From Alphaproteobacteria bacterium (lineage in GTDB: Bacteria; Pseudomonadota; Alphaproteobacteria; SHVV01): DNA of 64,000 nucleotides. Shown here one piece after another: positions 37,833 to 49,438 of the stretch; within the stretch, counting starts at the first letter, position 1, and each line of letters begins with the position of its first letter. A program made the translations under genes and the position numbers. Under the pieces are notes generated by a model. It was not told the origin of the DNA, searched no databases, and worked only from the letters and a program-made list of their open reading frames with translations. The stretch spans positions 2,464,001-2,528,000 of the forward strand of contig OZ253470.1 in assembly GCA_965261735.1 (NCBI GenBank), read 5' to 3'.

Positions 37833-38108
37833 ATGCACCCTATCTTCGAAGTCCTGTTCATCGTCATCGACCTCTACACCTGGGTTCTCATCCTGGCGGT
37901 GATCTCGAGCTGGCTGATCGCGTTCAGCGTGATCAACCGCAGCAACCAGCTCGTCCACATGATCACCGACCTCCTGTTCCGCATCACCGAGCCGGCGCTG
38001 GCGCCGATTCGCCGCCGCCTGCCCCACCTCGGCGGTATCGACATCTCACCCTTCGTGCTCATCCTCGGGCTCTATTTCCTCAAGCGGCTGATCGTCTACT
38101 ACGCCTGA
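37833..38108 (+). CDS. yggT: YggT-family membrane protein
   Basis: SWLIAFSVIN, RITEPALAPIRRRLPHLGGIDISP. Confidence 0.92.
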   Translation: MHPIFEVLFIVIDLYTWVLILAVISSWLIAFSVINRSNQLVHMITDLLFRITEPALAPIRRRLPHLGGIDISPFVLILGLYFLKRLIVYYA

Positions 38109-38154
38109 GCCTCGGGCCCCCGAAACCTCGCCCTTTGCCGCCGTCGCCGGTGGC

Positions 38155-38451
38155 GTGCGCATTTGGTTGCGCGTGATCCCGAAGTCGGCGCACGCCGGCG
38201 TGGACGGCATCGTGAGCGATGCGCGCGGCGCGGCCCTCAAGGTGCGCGTCACGTCGGCGCCCGAGAGGGGCCGTGCCAATGCCGCGCTGCTCAAGCTGCT
38301 CGCGCGCGAGTGGGGGCGTGCGGCAAGCCGGCTCGCTGTGGTCGCCGGCGCGGGCGCGCGGCGCAAGACCGTGCTCGCCGCGGGCGATGCGGAGGCGCTG
38401 TTGCGAAGCTTGCGCGCTTGGGCTAAACGGCATCATGGGCAGCGAGGCTGA
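38155..38451 (+). CDS. DUF167 (YggU) family protein
   Basis: [25 protein letters not shown]; lies between yggT and folD; start uncertain. Confidence 0.85.
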   Translation: MRIWLRVIPKSAHAGVDGIVSDARGAALKVRVTSAPERGRANAALLKLLAREWGRAASRLAVVAGAGARRKTVLAAGDAEALLRSLRAWAKRHHGQRG

Positions 38452-39364
38452 GGGCGGCGCGCGCCTCATCGACGGCAAGGCCATGGCGGCCGAGATGCGC
38501 GCCCGGCTGGCGGCCCGGGTCAGCGAACTCAAGGCGCGCCACGGCCTCACGCCCGGGCTCGCCGTGGTGCTCGTAGGCGATGATCCGGCGAGCGCCATCT
38601 ACGTGCGCAACAAGGGTAAGGCGGCAGCGGGCGCCGGCATGGCGGCGGCGGACACGCGCCTGCCGGCGGACGCCAGCGAAGAGGCCGTACTCGCCGAGGT
38701 CGCACGCCTCAGCGCGGATACACATGTGCATGGTATCCTCGTGCAGCTGCCCCTGCCGGCGCACATCGACGCCGCCCGCGTCGTCGCCGCCATCGACCCC
38801 GACAAGGACGTCGACGGCCTGCACGTCGTCAGTGCCGGCCGCCTCGCCACCGGCCAGCCGGGCTTGGTGCCGTGCACGCCGACGGGCTGCCTGCTCATGA
38901 TCCGCGCCCATGCCGGGCCGCTTCCGGGCCGGCGGGCACTGGTCGTCGGGCGCTCGAACCTGGTCGGCAAGCCGCTGGCGGCGCTGCTGCTCGGCGAGCA
39001 CTGCACCGTCACCATCGCCCATTCGCGGACCCGTGAGCTCGCCGCCGAGTGCCGCCGCGCCGACATCCTGGTCGCCGCCATCGGGCGGCCCGAGCTCGTG
39101 CGCGGCGATTGGATCAAGCCCGGGGCCGTGGTCATCGACGTTGGCATCAACCGGGTGGCCGCGAGCGCGGCGGGCCGCCTCGTGGGCGACGTCGCCTTCG
39201 CCGAGGCGCGCGCCGTGGCCGCAGCCATCACCCCGGTGCCGGGGGGCGTGGGCCCGATGACCATCGCCTGCCTGCTGGAGAACACGTTCACCGCCGCCTG
39301 CGCGCAGAACCGCATCGAGCCGCCGGCCGCACCTACCGCACCTGCCGCACCCCCGCAGTCGTAG
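38435..39364 (+). CDS. folD: Methylenetetrahydrofolate dehydrogenase/cyclohydrolase
   Basis: [36 protein letters not shown]. Confidence 0.97.
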   Translation: MGSEAEGGARLIDGKAMAAEMRARLAARVSELKARHGLTPGLAVVLVGDDPASAIYVRNKGKAAAGAGMAAADTRLPADASEEAVLAEVARLSADTHVHGILVQLPLPAHIDAARVVAAIDPDKDVDGLHVVSAGRLATGQPGLVPCTPTGCLLMIRAHAGPLPGRRALVVGRSNLVGKPLAALLLGEHCTVTIAHSRTRELAAECRRADILVAAIGRPELVRGDWIKPGAVVIDVGINRVAASAAGRLVGDVAFAEARAVAAAITPVPGGVGPMTIACLLENTFTAACAQNRIEPPAAPTAPAAPPQS

Positions 39365-39395
39365 GCTCGCTGCCGCCCTTGCGCCGTGGTGAGAA

Positions 39396-39407
39396 ATGTA
39401 TATACAT
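39396..39407. promoter_or_regulatory. Putative MarR operator palindrome
   Basis: Perfect ATGTATATACAT in an AT-rich patch upstream of the MarR gene. Confidence 0.5.
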
Positions 39408-39519
39408 GTATTGTGGCGCCGGGCACTTCGACAGGGGTGGCGGTGGGCAAGAAATGGGAGGCCGCGAGGCGGCCACCGGTCGGGGCGTGCGCGCCCGTGA
39501 AGAGGAGGTTGGCAACGAT

Positions 39520-40020
39520 ATGAGGCGAAAACGGGACGGCGAGCCGAGCGCCACCGGGCCGGGTCGCGCCGCGGCGCCGCTATCGTCGCAGGTCGCCGAG
39601 GTGAAACGGATTTGCGTGTGCGCGCACCTGCGCGGCACCGCGCGCGCGGTCACCCAGGTGTTCGATGCCGCGCTGCAGCCGACCGGCCTGCGGGCGACTC
39701 AGCTCACGGTTCTGATCGCCGTCGCGGCCGCCCCCGGCGCGCCCATGAGCAGCCTCGCCGAGGCGCTAGTGATGGACCGCACCACGCTCACGCGCAACCT
39801 TCGGCCACTCGAGAGGCAGGGCCTGATCCGCATCGCCCCGGGCCGCGACCGGCGCAGCCGCGAGGTCACGCTGACCCGGAACGGCGGCGCTCTTCTGCGC
39901 CGGGCGCTGCCGTTGTGGGAGCGGGCGCAGGCGCGCATCGTGGGCGGCCTTGGAGATGAGCGCTGGCGCGGCATGCTCACTGACCTGTCAGCGACCGTGG
40001 CGCTCACGGGCGAGGCCTAG
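39520..40020 (+). CDS. MarR-family regulator
   Basis: CVCAHLR, MDRTTLTRNLRPL, DRRSR; GAGGAGG RBS. Confidence 0.92.
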   Translation: MRRKRDGEPSATGPGRAAAPLSSQVAEVKRICVCAHLRGTARAVTQVFDAALQPTGLRATQLTVLIAVAAAPGAPMSSLAEALVMDRTTLTRNLRPLERQGLIRIAPGRDRRSREVTLTRNGGALLRRALPLWERAQARIVGGLGDERWRGMLTDLSATVALTGEA

Positions 40021-40254
40021 GGGCATTCGACCGTGAGCGCCGCCACGCGACATCGAATGAGCGCAAAGCAACGGTTGGACCCAACTCGCATTTGCACTTC
40101 GTCGGCCCCCCCGTCCGCCCTAGAATAGCCCCACACGATCGCGCCTCGAGGAAACCGAGGGCCGACCCGGTTCGCCCCTCGACCGCGTGGCGCGATCCTC
40201 CGCGCGGTCCCGTCTTCGGGCGGCGCTAAGGCGGAGACTGTAGGGGGACCCGAT

Positions 40255-40668
40255 ATGTCGACCGAACTGCTTTATCTCTTTCTGACGTCGATCTTGCTCG
40301 CGATGATGTGGATTCCGCACATCACCCTGCAGGTACGCCATTACGGACTGCTGCAGCCGGAGGACTACGTCACGCTGCGCGATGGCGCGGCGGCGCCCAA
40401 CTGGGTCAAGCGCGCCGACCGCGCGCACGTCAATCTGGTTGAGCAGTTCGGCGCCTTTGCGGGCCTCGTCGTGGTCGGGCAGCTCGTGCAAGTGTCGACG
40501 GCGCTGACGGCCGGCGCGGCGGCGGTCTTTTTCTGGGCCCGCATCGTCCATGCCGTCGTGATCATCAGTGGCTTCAAGCATTTCATGGCGCGGACGATGA
40601 TCTTCACGGTCGCCTGGATCGCGCTGCTGGTGTACGCATGGGAGATTGCAGCAGCGAAGCTCTTTTGA
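40255..40668 (+). CDS. MAPEG-family membrane protein
   Basis: WVKRADRAHVNLVE, FFWARIVH. Confidence 0.88.
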   Translation: MSTELLYLFLTSILLAMMWIPHITLQVRHYGLLQPEDYVTLRDGAAAPNWVKRADRAHVNLVEQFGAFAGLVVVGQLVQVSTALTAGAAAVFFWARIVHAVVIISGFKHFMARTMIFTVAWIALLVYAWEIAAAKLF

Positions 40669-40765
40669 AGCCGCGCTCCCGAAGCTCCTCACGGCCCCGG
40701 CCCAGGGTCGGGCCTCACGAGCCGAGAGCCCGGACGCCGTTGGCCCTCGTTTCGGCGTACGTGTC

Positions 40766-41992
40766 CTAGAGCGGGGCGCCGCTCAGCAGGCGCGGTAGCT
40801 TGCCGGTGTTGCCGCCGGCGTGGCGCATGAAGAAGCGTTTCACCGGGGCGAGGCGATCGACCGCCGCGAGGCCGGCGCCGCGGGCTACCTTGAGCGGCGC
40901 GATGTCGTTGGAGAACAGGCGGTTGAGGCCGTCGGTCACGGCCAACAGCACGACGTTGTCGAAGCGGCGCCAGCGCTGGTAGCGCTCGAGCACGTCGAGC
41001 GCGCCGATGTCGAGGCCGAGGCGCGCCGCCTCGATCACCACCTCGGCGAGCGCGGCGGCATCGCGCAAGCCCATGTTGAGGCCCTGCCCGGCGATCGGGT
41101 GGAGCCCGTGCGCGGCATCGCCGATGAGGGCTAGTCTTGGTGCGATATAGCTCTCGGCGTGGTGCAGCGCCAGTGGATAGCTCCAGCGCGGCCCGACGAC
41201 GCGCATGAGCCCGAGGAAGTCGCCGAAGCGGCGCGCGACCTCGGCGCGGAAGGCGGGCGCATCGAGCGCCATGAGGTCCGGGACCAGCGCCTTGTCCTCC
41301 GTCCACACCAGCGACGAGCGTTGACCGGTGAGCGGGAGAATGGCGAACGGGCCGGCCGTGAAGAAGCGCTCGTGCGCGATACCGCGGTGCGGCTCCGCGT
41401 GCGATACGGTGCACACGATCCCCGCCTGGCCGTAGGTCCAGCCGAGCGCCGCAATGCCGGCCGCGGCGCGGGTCGGCGAGTTCCTGCCATCGGCGCCCAC
41501 GGCCAGCCGAGCGCGCACAACGGCGCCGCCCTTGAGCCGGGCCGTGACCGCGCCGGGTCCGCGCTCGAGCGCCGAGACGGCGGCGGGCGCGCGCAGTGTG
41601 AGCCCCGGGACCCCGCGCACAGCGCGATAGAGCGCGCGGCGGATGTGGCGGTTCTCGACCATGAAGCCGATGGGCGAGTCGCCGATTTCGCGGTGATCGT
41701 AGTGCAGGAACACGGGTCGGTCGCCCTCCGACACCCGGATGTCGAGAATGGACTCCGCCTCGGCCGCCATGCCCGGCCACACGCCGATCGCCTCGAGCGC
41801 CCGTTTGGAGCTCTCGGCGAGGGCCGAGGCGCGCCCGTCGAAGGGGAGCGCGCTTGCGACCTCGGGCGCCTCGCGGTCGACGACCGTCACGCCAAACCCG
41901 GTACGCGCGGCGGCGATGGCGAAGACGAGGCCAACCATGCCGCCGCCGACGACCAGGATGTCAGCATAGGGGATTCGCGGGCGCGCGGTCAT
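40766..41992 (-). CDS. UbiH/UbiL/COQ6-family FAD-dependent hydroxylase
   Basis: VVGGGMVG, GADGRNS, GPFAILP, IGDAAHGLHPIAGQGLNMGLRD. Confidence 0.92.
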   Translation of the reverse strand: MTARPRIPYADILVVGGGMVGLVFAIAAARTGFGVTVVDREAPEVASALPFDGRASALAESSKRALEAIGVWPGMAAEAESILDIRVSEGDRPVFLHYDHREIGDSPIGFMVENRHIRRALYRAVRGVPGLTLRAPAAVSALERGPGAVTARLKGGAVVRARLAVGADGRNSPTRAAAGIAALGWTYGQAGIVCTVSHAEPHRGIAHERFFTAGPFAILPLTGQRSSLVWTEDKALVPDLMALDAPAFRAEVARRFGDFLGLMRVVGPRWSYPLALHHAESYIAPRLALIGDAAHGLHPIAGQGLNMGLRDAAALAEVVIEAARLGLDIGALDVLERYQRWRRFDNVVLLAVTDGLNRLFSNDIAPLKVARGAGLAAVDRLAPVKRFFMRHAGGNTGKLPRLLSGAPL

Positions 41993-42055
41993 CGCGCCAC
42001 CATGTCGGCCGGCCGCGGCGTTGTCCAGCCTCACCGGTTTGACTAGAGTGCGCCG

Positions 42056-43450
42056 ATGGACAAGCCCTGGCACGAGATGACCGCGCTCGAGCTCGGCGCC
42101 GCGGTTGCGGTTGGCACGATCGATGCGCTGGCGCTTACCGAGCACTTCCTCGACCGCATCGCGCGCATGGACGAGGACCACGCGATCTACATCCGCGCCA
42201 CCGCCGAGCGCGCCCTCGCCGAAGCCGGCGCCGCCGGCGAAAGAGCGCGCCAGGGCCTTTCGCGCGGGCCGCTCGACGGCGTGCCGATCTCGTGGAAGGA
42301 CCTCTTCGATGCCGCCGGCACGGTGACGACCAACGGCTCGCCCCTGTTCGCCGACAGCGTCGCGGCGCTCGATGCCAAGGTGCTGGTGCGGGCAACCCAC
42401 GCCGGCATGGTCTGCCTCGGCAAGACCACGATGTCCGAATTCGCCTATTCCGGCCTCGGCATCAACCCGACGATGGGGATGCCGGTCAACTGTTTCGACA
42501 ACGAGACCAGGCGGTCCCCGGGAGGTTCGTCATCGGGCGCCGCGGCCTCGGTCGCGAACGGCCTTGCGGCGGCCGCGATCGGCAGCGACACCGGCGGCTC
42601 GGTGCGCATCCCTGCGGCTTGGCACGGTCTCGTCGGGCTCAAGACGACCTACGGTGCCCTACCGCTCGAGGGGATGGTGCCGCTATGGCCGAGCGTCGAT
42701 ACGGTGGGGCCGCTCACCCGTGACGTCGCCGACGCGGCCGCCCTGTTCGCCGTGCTCGCCGCGAGACCCGCGCTGGACCTGAATGGCGCGAGCCTCGCGG
42801 GCGTGCCTCTCCTGGTACCGACGAACATGGTGTGGGACGAGGCCGAGGCGGGCGTGGTCGAGGCCATCGAGGACGCGATCGGGCGGCTCGAGGGGGCGGG
42901 CGCCGTCGTGACACGCGCAGAAATTCCGGAGTTTCACGCCGTCGGCGAAGCGAGCGCGGCGATCGGCAAGCTGATGAGCGGCGAGGTCTACGGCTTGTGG
43001 AGGGAGGCGCTCGAGGCCCACCCCGATCGCGTCTTCCCGCCGACCCTCGCGCGTTTCCGGGGCGGGCGCGACCAGGCGGCGCCCGACAGCTCCGCCATGC
43101 GCCAGCGCCTCGCCGGCCTCGCCCGCGACTACCTGGCGCGCACGGCCCCCTATGCGGTCGTGCTCGCGCCGACCTCGGTCATCACGCCGCCCGCCATCGC
43201 CGATGTCGAGGACGGTGGCGAGACCTACGCGGCCACCAACATCCGGACCCTGAAGAACACGCGCATCGGCAACCTCTTCGGCCTGTGCGCCCTCACCCTG
43301 CCGTGCGGCTCCGCGGACGGTCTGCCGGTCGGCCTGATGCTCTACGGCGCACCCGGGTGCGATGCGGAGCTGCTCCGCCTTGCGGCCGCGGCGGAGACGG
43401 CGCTAGCCGCCGCGGCACCCGAGCCCGCATTTCCGCACCCCGCCACATGA
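42056..43450 (+). CDS. Amidase-signature family protein
   Basis: PLDGVPISWKDLFD, GGSSSG, GSDTGGSVRIPA. Confidence 0.92.
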   Translation: MDKPWHEMTALELGAAVAVGTIDALALTEHFLDRIARMDEDHAIYIRATAERALAEAGAAGERARQGLSRGPLDGVPISWKDLFDAAGTVTTNGSPLFADSVAALDAKVLVRATHAGMVCLGKTTMSEFAYSGLGINPTMGMPVNCFDNETRRSPGGSSSGAAASVANGLAAAAIGSDTGGSVRIPAAWHGLVGLKTTYGALPLEGMVPLWPSVDTVGPLTRDVADAAALFAVLAARPALDLNGASLAGVPLLVPTNMVWDEAEAGVVEAIEDAIGRLEGAGAVVTRAEIPEFHAVGEASAAIGKLMSGEVYGLWREALEAHPDRVFPPTLARFRGGRDQAAPDSSAMRQRLAGLARDYLARTAPYAVVLAPTSVITPPAIADVEDGGETYAATNIRTLKNTRIGNLFGLCALTLPCGSADGLPVGLMLYGAPGCDAELLRLAAAAETALAAAAPEPAFPHPAT

Positions 43451-43572
43451 TGTAGTTGATAGGTACACAAGGGCTACCCCTTGTATCGGCGGGCGCGCGC
43501 GGATAGATTTGTTTGTGTTTTGTACGCGCTTTCTCTCTCAAAGCCCGGTGCGCGGCGAGGCTCGAGGGCCCT

Positions 43573-44778
43573 ATGTACAACCAGCGCCTCGACGTTCTCG
43601 GCGAGGGCCCGTTCAGGCGTCTGGCGGCGCTGCTCGACGGCATCACACCCGTGAGCGAAGGGCAGCCGGTGCTGATGTCGCTCGGCGAGCCGCGCCATCC
43701 CTTCCCCGACTTCGTGGGTGAGGTGCTGAACGCGAACCGCTATCTCTACGACCGCTATCCGCCAGCCAACGGCACCGCCGCGTTTCGCGCCGCCGTCGCG
43801 GCATGGCTCGGCGAGCGCTACGGCTTGCCCGAGGGCATGATCGACCCCGAGCGCCATGTCGTCGCGCTGGCCGGGACGCGCGAGGGGCTGTTCATGCTGG
43901 CGCCGCTCGTGGTGCCGGAAGCGAAGTCGAACCGCCGGCCGCTCGTGTTAATGCCGAATCCCTTCTATCACTGCTACGCTGGAGCCGCCGTGGCCGCGGG
44001 CGCGGAGCCCATATATCTGCCGGCGACCCGGGAGACCGGGTTCCTGCCCGATTTCACCCAGTTGAGTGAGGAGGCCCTGGCGGCGACGGCGCTCGTCTAT
44101 TTGTGCTCGCCGGCCAACCCGCGGGGTGCGGTCGCCAGCCTCGACTACTTAGCCGATCTCTTCGCCCGTGCCCGAGCCTACGATTTCGTCGTCGCCGTCG
44201 ACGAGTGCTACGCCGAAATCTACGACCGCGAGCCGCCCCCCGGAGCGCTGGAAGCGTGCGCGCGCGACGGCGATGTGGCCAACGTTGTCGCCTTCCACTC
44301 CCTGTCGAAGCGCTCGAGCGTGCCCGGCCTGCGCTCCGGCTTCGCGGCCGGCGATCCCGACCTCATGGCGCGCTTTCGTGAGCTCCGCGCCTATGGCTCG
44401 GCGACCACGCCGCGGCCCGTCTACGAGGCCGCCACCGCATTGTGGCGCGACTCCGCCCATGTCGAGGCCAATCGCGCCCTCTACCGCGAGAAGTTCGACA
44501 TCGCCGAGCGTATTCTCGACGGCCGCTTCGATTTCTATCGGCCACCGGGCGGATTCTTCCTGTGGCTCGACGTCGGCGACGACACGGCCGCGGCGCGCAC
44601 GCTGTGGCGCGAGGCGGCGATCCGCGTCCTGCCCGGCAGCTACCTTGCGCGCGAGGTCGCGGGCGGCACCAATCCCGGTGCGGGCTATGTCCGTATCGCG
44701 CTGGTCGCCGACAACGAGGAAATCGCCACCGCCCTCACCGAGGTCGGGCGCGTCCTCGACGGTCGTAACCGGACATGA
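43573..44778 (+). CDS. Class I/II PLP aminotransferase (DapC-like)
   Basis: [30 protein letters not shown]; upstream of ftsK. Confidence 0.9.
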   Translation: MYNQRLDVLGEGPFRRLAALLDGITPVSEGQPVLMSLGEPRHPFPDFVGEVLNANRYLYDRYPPANGTAAFRAAVAAWLGERYGLPEGMIDPERHVVALAGTREGLFMLAPLVVPEAKSNRRPLVLMPNPFYHCYAGAAVAAGAEPIYLPATRETGFLPDFTQLSEEALAATALVYLCSPANPRGAVASLDYLADLFARARAYDFVVAVDECYAEIYDREPPPGALEACARDGDVANVVAFHSLSKRSSVPGLRSGFAAGDPDLMARFRELRAYGSATTPRPVYEAATALWRDSAHVEANRALYREKFDIAERILDGRFDFYRPPGGFFLWLDVGDDTAAARTLWREAAIRVLPGSYLAREVAGGTNPGAGYVRIALVADNEEIATALTEVGRVLDGRNRT

Positions 44779-47156
44779 ACCAGCCCTCGAGCACGACTCG
44801 GCCGACCTTTCTGCCGCGCTCGCTCGTCTACTTCATGCGTCGCCGGGTCACCGAGCTCGCCGCGCTCGCGCTCTTCCTGGTGGCGGTGCTGCTCGCCCTC
44901 GCGCTCGCCAGCTACGCCCCTGGCGACCCCAGCTTCAACAACGCCGCCGGCGGTCCGGCCGCCAACCTGATCGGCCGCCCGGGGGCCTTCGCCGCCGACT
45001 TCCTATTGCAGACACTTGGCCTCGCAGGGGCCCTACCTTCGCTGGTGCTGGCAGGCTGGGCGTGGCGCATCGGCAGCCATCGGGGCCTGCGCCGCGTGTG
45101 GCTGCTGGTCGCGCTCATGCCGCTGGTCTTGATCGCGGGCGCCACTTTCGCGGCCAGCCTGGATGCGTTCGAGGCATGGCCGCTGGCGACCGGCAGCGGC
45201 GGCTGGCTCGGCCACTTCCTGCTGCTCCAGTTGGTGCAGCTCGGCCACGCGGCCGGCGTCGTGCTTGCGCCATCGCTGCTGACCCTCGCGCTCGCGCTCA
45301 TCAATGTGCCGCTGCTCGTCTACGGCTTGGGCCTCGGCCGTGCCGACTGGCGCGGCCTGGCGCGCGGCGGCCTATGGCTCAGCCGAGGGCTCTGGCGCGG
45401 TGTCGCCGGCGCGACGGGAGCGCTGGTCCGGCGCCGCCGTCACAGCACACCTCGGCGCGGCACCGGCGGCGGCGCCCGGCGCGACCCGGACGTAGTCGCC
45501 CGACGCGCGTCCGACCCCGACGCAGACGGGCTTCGCGCCGTCGCCGAGGATGCCCTCGTCGAGCGCCGCGAGGGCGCCCAGCCGCGGGTCGAAAAGCGCG
45601 CGGCGCGGCCCAAGGCGGGCAAGCGCGCCGTGGCCGAGACGCAGCCGACGCTCGATCTCGTGCCCGGCGAGTACCGGCTGCCACCGCTCAGCCTGCTCGC
45701 GCTGCCGGGGAGCCGCATGCGCCAAGCCACGCTCCATGAGGACGCGTTGGCGCAGAACGCCCGACTGCTCGAAGCGGTGCTCGAGGATTTCGGTGTCACC
45801 GGCGAGGTCACGCGGGTGCGGCCGGGACCGGTGGTGACGCTCTATGAGCTCGAGCCCGCGCGCGGTACCAAGACCTCGCGCGTGATCGGCCTCGCCGACG
45901 ACATCGCCCGCTCGATGATCGCCATCTCGGTGCGTGCCGCCGTCGTGCCGGGCAAGAACGCCATCGGAATCGAGCTCCCCAACGCCACGCGCGAGAAGGT
46001 CTACCTGCGCGAGCTGCTGGCCAGCACCGACTACGAGAATTCCACGGCCAAGCTCACGCTGGCGCTCGGCAAGGACATCGCCGGCGCACCGGTGATCGCC
46101 GATCTCGCACGCATGCCCCACCTCCTGATCGCCGGCACCACCGGTTCGGGCAAGTCGGTCGCGGTCAACACGATGATCCTATCGCTGCTCTATCGGCTGC
46201 CGCCGAACGAGTGCAAGCTGGTGCTGATCGACCCCAAGATGCTCGAGCTGTCGGCCTATGACGGTATCCCGCACCTGCTCACGCCGGTGGTGGTGGATCC
46301 GGGTAAAGCGGTGGTGGCGCTGAAATGGACGGTGCGTGAGATGGAGGAGCGCTACCGCGCCATGTCCCGGCTCGGCGTGCGCAATATCACCAGCTTCAAT
46401 CAGCGGCTGGCCGATGCCCGGGCCCGCGGCGAAGACCTCAAGAGGACGGTGCAGACCGGATTCGATGCCGAGACCGACGCCCCCGTGTTCGAGGACGAGC
46501 AGCTCGACCTCGAGCCGATGCCCTACATCATCGTCGTCGTCGACGAGATGGCCGATCTCATGATGCTCGCCGGCAAGGAGATCGAGGGCACGATCCAACG
46601 CCTGTCGCAGATGGCACGCGCTTCCGGAATCCACATTATCATGGCGACCCAGCGGCCCTCGGTCGATGTCATCACCGGCACCATCAAGGCCAACTTCCCG
46701 ACGCGTGTGAGTTTTCAGGTGACCTCGAAGGTGGACAGCCGCACCATCCTCGGCGAACAGGGGGCCGAGCAACTCTTGGGGTCGGGCGACATGCTCTATA
46801 TGCAGACGGGCGGGCGCATCACGCGGGTCCACGGTCCCTACGTCTCCGAGGAGGAGGTCGAAGCCGTGGTGGCATCTCTCAAGCGCCAGGGCGAGCCGAC
46901 CTATCTCGAGGCCGTGACGCAGGCGCCCGAGGACCTCGATCCGCTCGATACCGGGCCGGCGGACGAGCTCTACGACCGGGCCGTGGCCCTGGTGTGCCGC
47001 GAGCGCAAGGCGTCGACGAGCTTTATTCAGCGCCATCTACAGATCGGCTACAACCGGGCCGCGCGGATCGTCGAGCGCATGGAGCAGGAAAACGTCGTGA
47101 CGCCGGCCAATCATGCCGGCAAGCGCGAGGTCCTGGCGCACGACACGTTCGAGTAG
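44775..47156 (+). CDS. ftsK: DNA translocase FtsK
   Basis: N-terminal TM region; [30 protein letters not shown], gamma domain IGYNRAARI. Confidence 0.97.
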   Translation: MNQPSSTTRPTFLPRSLVYFMRRRVTELAALALFLVAVLLALALASYAPGDPSFNNAAGGPAANLIGRPGAFAADFLLQTLGLAGALPSLVLAGWAWRIGSHRGLRRVWLLVALMPLVLIAGATFAASLDAFEAWPLATGSGGWLGHFLLLQLVQLGHAAGVVLAPSLLTLALALINVPLLVYGLGLGRADWRGLARGGLWLSRGLWRGVAGATGALVRRRRHSTPRRGTGGGARRDPDVVARRASDPDADGLRAVAEDALVERREGAQPRVEKRAARPKAGKRAVAETQPTLDLVPGEYRLPPLSLLALPGSRMRQATLHEDALAQNARLLEAVLEDFGVTGEVTRVRPGPVVTLYELEPARGTKTSRVIGLADDIARSMIAISVRAAVVPGKNAIGIELPNATREKVYLRELLASTDYENSTAKLTLALGKDIAGAPVIADLARMPHLLIAGTTGSGKSVAVNTMILSLLYRLPPNECKLVLIDPKMLELSAYDGIPHLLTPVVVDPGKAVVALKWTVREMEERYRAMSRLGVRNITSFNQRLADARARGEDLKRTVQTGFDAETDAPVFEDEQLDLEPMPYIIVVVDEMADLMMLAGKEIEGTIQRLSQMARASGIHIIMATQRPSVDVITGTIKANFPTRVSFQVTSKVDSRTILGEQGAEQLLGSGDMLYMQTGGRITRVHGPYVSEEEVEAVVASLKRQGEPTYLEAVTQAPEDLDPLDTGPADELYDRAVALVCRERKASTSFIQRHLQIGYNRAARIVERMEQENVVTPANHAGKREVLAHDTFE

Positions 47157-47161
47157 CCGCC

Positions 47162-47800
47162 GTGGCGAGGGGACCCGAGTTCACGCGCAACTGCGCCATC
47201 GCCGTGGTTGCCGGCGTGCTGGTGTGGGCGTCGCCTCCCGCGGCGGCCCTGACACCGGAGGACGATGCCGACCTCGGGCGGGTCGAGAGCTACCTCAACT
47301 CCATCGAAACGCTGCAGGGGCGCTTCCTGCAGGTCGCCGAGGACGGCGCGCAGGCGCACGGCCGCTTCTTCCTCAAGCGCCCCCGGCGCCTGCGCTTCGA
47401 GTATGCGCCGCCAACCCCGGTCCTGATCGTAGGCGATGGGATTTGGCTCGTGTTCCACGACAAGGAGATCGGCCAGGTGAACCGCCTTCCGCTGTCGTCG
47501 ACGCCGGTGGGCCTGCTCGTCGAGGACGTGATCTCCTTTACCGGGCGCGTCGCAGTCACGGCCGTGGAGCGCCGGCCGGGCCAGCTGCGGGTGACGATAC
47601 GCGACCGCGACAATCCGGGCCAGGGCGAGTTGCGCCTCGTCTTCAGCGACCCGCCGCTCGAGCTGCGGCAGTGGCACGTCATCGACGCACAGGGCCTGAC
47701 CACGCGCGTGTCCCTGTTCGAGGTGCTGGCCAATGCGCCGCTGGAAGCGGGTTTGTTCGTGTTCCGCGACCCCCCGACCCCGGACCAGCGGGCCGACTGA
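47162..47800 (+). CDS. lolA: Outer-membrane lipoprotein carrier LolA
   Basis: YLNSIETLQGRFLQ, KRPRRLRFEY, LRQW..DAQG; follows ftsK. Confidence 0.88.
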   Translation: MARGPEFTRNCAIAVVAGVLVWASPPAAALTPEDDADLGRVESYLNSIETLQGRFLQVAEDGAQAHGRFFLKRPRRLRFEYAPPTPVLIVGDGIWLVFHDKEIGQVNRLPLSSTPVGLLVEDVISFTGRVAVTAVERRPGQLRVTIRDRDNPGQGELRLVFSDPPLELRQWHVIDAQGLTTRVSLFEVLANAPLEAGLFVFRDPPTPDQRAD

Positions 47801-47803
47801 GGC

Positions 47804-48841
47804 ATGCGACATCGAATCACGATCCGCCAGGCGGGCGCGGCGATCGAGGTGGCGGGCGACGAGTTCGTCCTCGAGCGCGCGTTAGCCGAGGGGCTCGCCT
47901 TCCCTCATCTGTGCCGCACCGGGCTGTGCGGCACCTGTAAGGCGATGGTGCTGGCCGGGGCCTTCGACCTGGCCGACCACGATCGCGCCGCGCTCACCGA
48001 CGAGGAAGAATCGCTGGGCCGCATCCTGGCCTGCCGGGCGCGGCCGCGCGGCGACGGCGAGATCGCCTACGTGCTGCGCGACGGCGTGCCGGCGCACGCG
48101 GTCGGCACGCTCGCCGGGCGCATCGTCGACCTCGAGCCCGCGACCCACGACATCACCATCATGCGGCTCGAAGTCGAGGCGGGCGGGCCGATGGCGTTCG
48201 CGCCCGGCCAGTATGCGAGCCTGGCATTCCCCGGCGCCCCGGCGCGCGACTTCTCCATGGCCAACCGGCCCGGCGAGCCGGCGCTCGAGTTCCATCTCCG
48301 GCGCGTCCCCGGCGGGGCGCTCGGGGACTACCTCGCGCGCCATCTCCGGCTCGGCGACCGGATCGGCCTGGAGGGGCCGTTCGGCACCGCATTCCTGCGC
48401 GAGAATCACTGCGGCCCGATTGTGGCGGCGGCCGGGAGCACCGGCCTCGCGCCCATCAAGTCCATCGTCGACACGGCGCTCTGCCTGGGCCGCGAACGTG
48501 ACATCCACATCTATCTCGGAGTTCGCGACGAGCCCGACGTCTACCTTGAGCCGCATTTCGCCGAGCTGGCGCGGCGCCACGACGGCGTGACCTTCGACAT
48601 CGTTCTGTCCGAGCCGGCGCGGCCGACGCGGCGCCGCACGGGACTGGTCGCCGACGCAGTGTCCGAGGACCTCGATCGCCCGCATGGGTGGAGCGCCTAT
48701 GTGGCCGGGCCGCCGGTCATGGTGGCGGCGACGGTCGCGGCGCTCGAGCGATGCGGCATCGCCCCCGGCCACTGCTACGCGGATCCCTTCTACTCGGAGG
48801 CGGAAAAGGCGGGCGCCGTCAACGTGGCGCCGTACGCATGA
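47804..48841 (+). CDS. 2Fe-2S ferredoxin/FAD/NAD(P)H reductase
   Basis: CRTGLCGTC..LAC, RDFSMAN, GPFG, GSTGLAP, AGPPVMV. Confidence 0.9.
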   Translation: MRHRITIRQAGAAIEVAGDEFVLERALAEGLAFPHLCRTGLCGTCKAMVLAGAFDLADHDRAALTDEEESLGRILACRARPRGDGEIAYVLRDGVPAHAVGTLAGRIVDLEPATHDITIMRLEVEAGGPMAFAPGQYASLAFPGAPARDFSMANRPGEPALEFHLRRVPGGALGDYLARHLRLGDRIGLEGPFGTAFLRENHCGPIVAAAGSTGLAPIKSIVDTALCLGRERDIHIYLGVRDEPDVYLEPHFAELARRHDGVTFDIVLSEPARPTRRRTGLVADAVSEDLDRPHGWSAYVAGPPVMVAATVAALERCGIAPGHCYADPFYSEAEKAGAVNVAPYA

Positions 48842-49425
48842 GCGACGACGACCCCGATGAGATGCCCGACCTCGATGATTTCGCCAACCTCATCGCCGTC
48901 GCCCGCTTCGCGCGTCGAATCGAGCACGTTCCCTGGTTCGAGGCCGTTGGCCAACCGCACGACGATTCGATTCGTGCCGAGGCCGAGGCCTACCTTGGGG
49001 CGCTCGGATTTCCCGACACCTTCATCGCCGACGTCGCCGGATGGGGCGAGGCCGAGATCGTCGCCGAAAACCCGAACTGGAACCCCCAGTGGTGGGAGGC
49101 CGAGGAGCAGCTCCGCGCCGCGCTCACGACCGATGCGTTGACCCTGGTGGCGGAATCGGAGCTCGCCGCTGCGATGACGCACGTCGCCGCCGTTGCCGCC
49201 GAGGTCGTGCCCGCGGGCGCCGAGGCCGCGGCGGCGCGCGCCGGAATGGCCGACGAGGAACTGATCCGGGCTGCCACGGGCGCCGCCACGCAGGCGTGCC
49301 ACCACGCGGCTCTGGTGTTGGCCGCGGCGGCCGAGCCCGACCACCCGCTGGCGCTGAAGTTCCACCTGTTCGAGGTCGGCCGCTGGCCCCTCGGCATTAC
49401 CGGCACGACATTTCACCTGTTCTAG
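48838..49425 (+). CDS. Hypothetical protein
   Basis: ATGA-coupled to the reductase; WWEAEEQLR, KFHLFEVGRWPLGI. Confidence 0.75.
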   Translation: MSDDDPDEMPDLDDFANLIAVARFARRIEHVPWFEAVGQPHDDSIRAEAEAYLGALGFPDTFIADVAGWGEAEIVAENPNWNPQWWEAEEQLRAALTTDALTLVAESELAAAMTHVAAVAAEVVPAGAEAAAARAGMADEELIRAATGAATQACHHAALVLAAAAEPDHPLALKFHLFEVGRWPLGITGTTFHLF

Positions 49426-49438
49426 CGGCGCCAAACGC

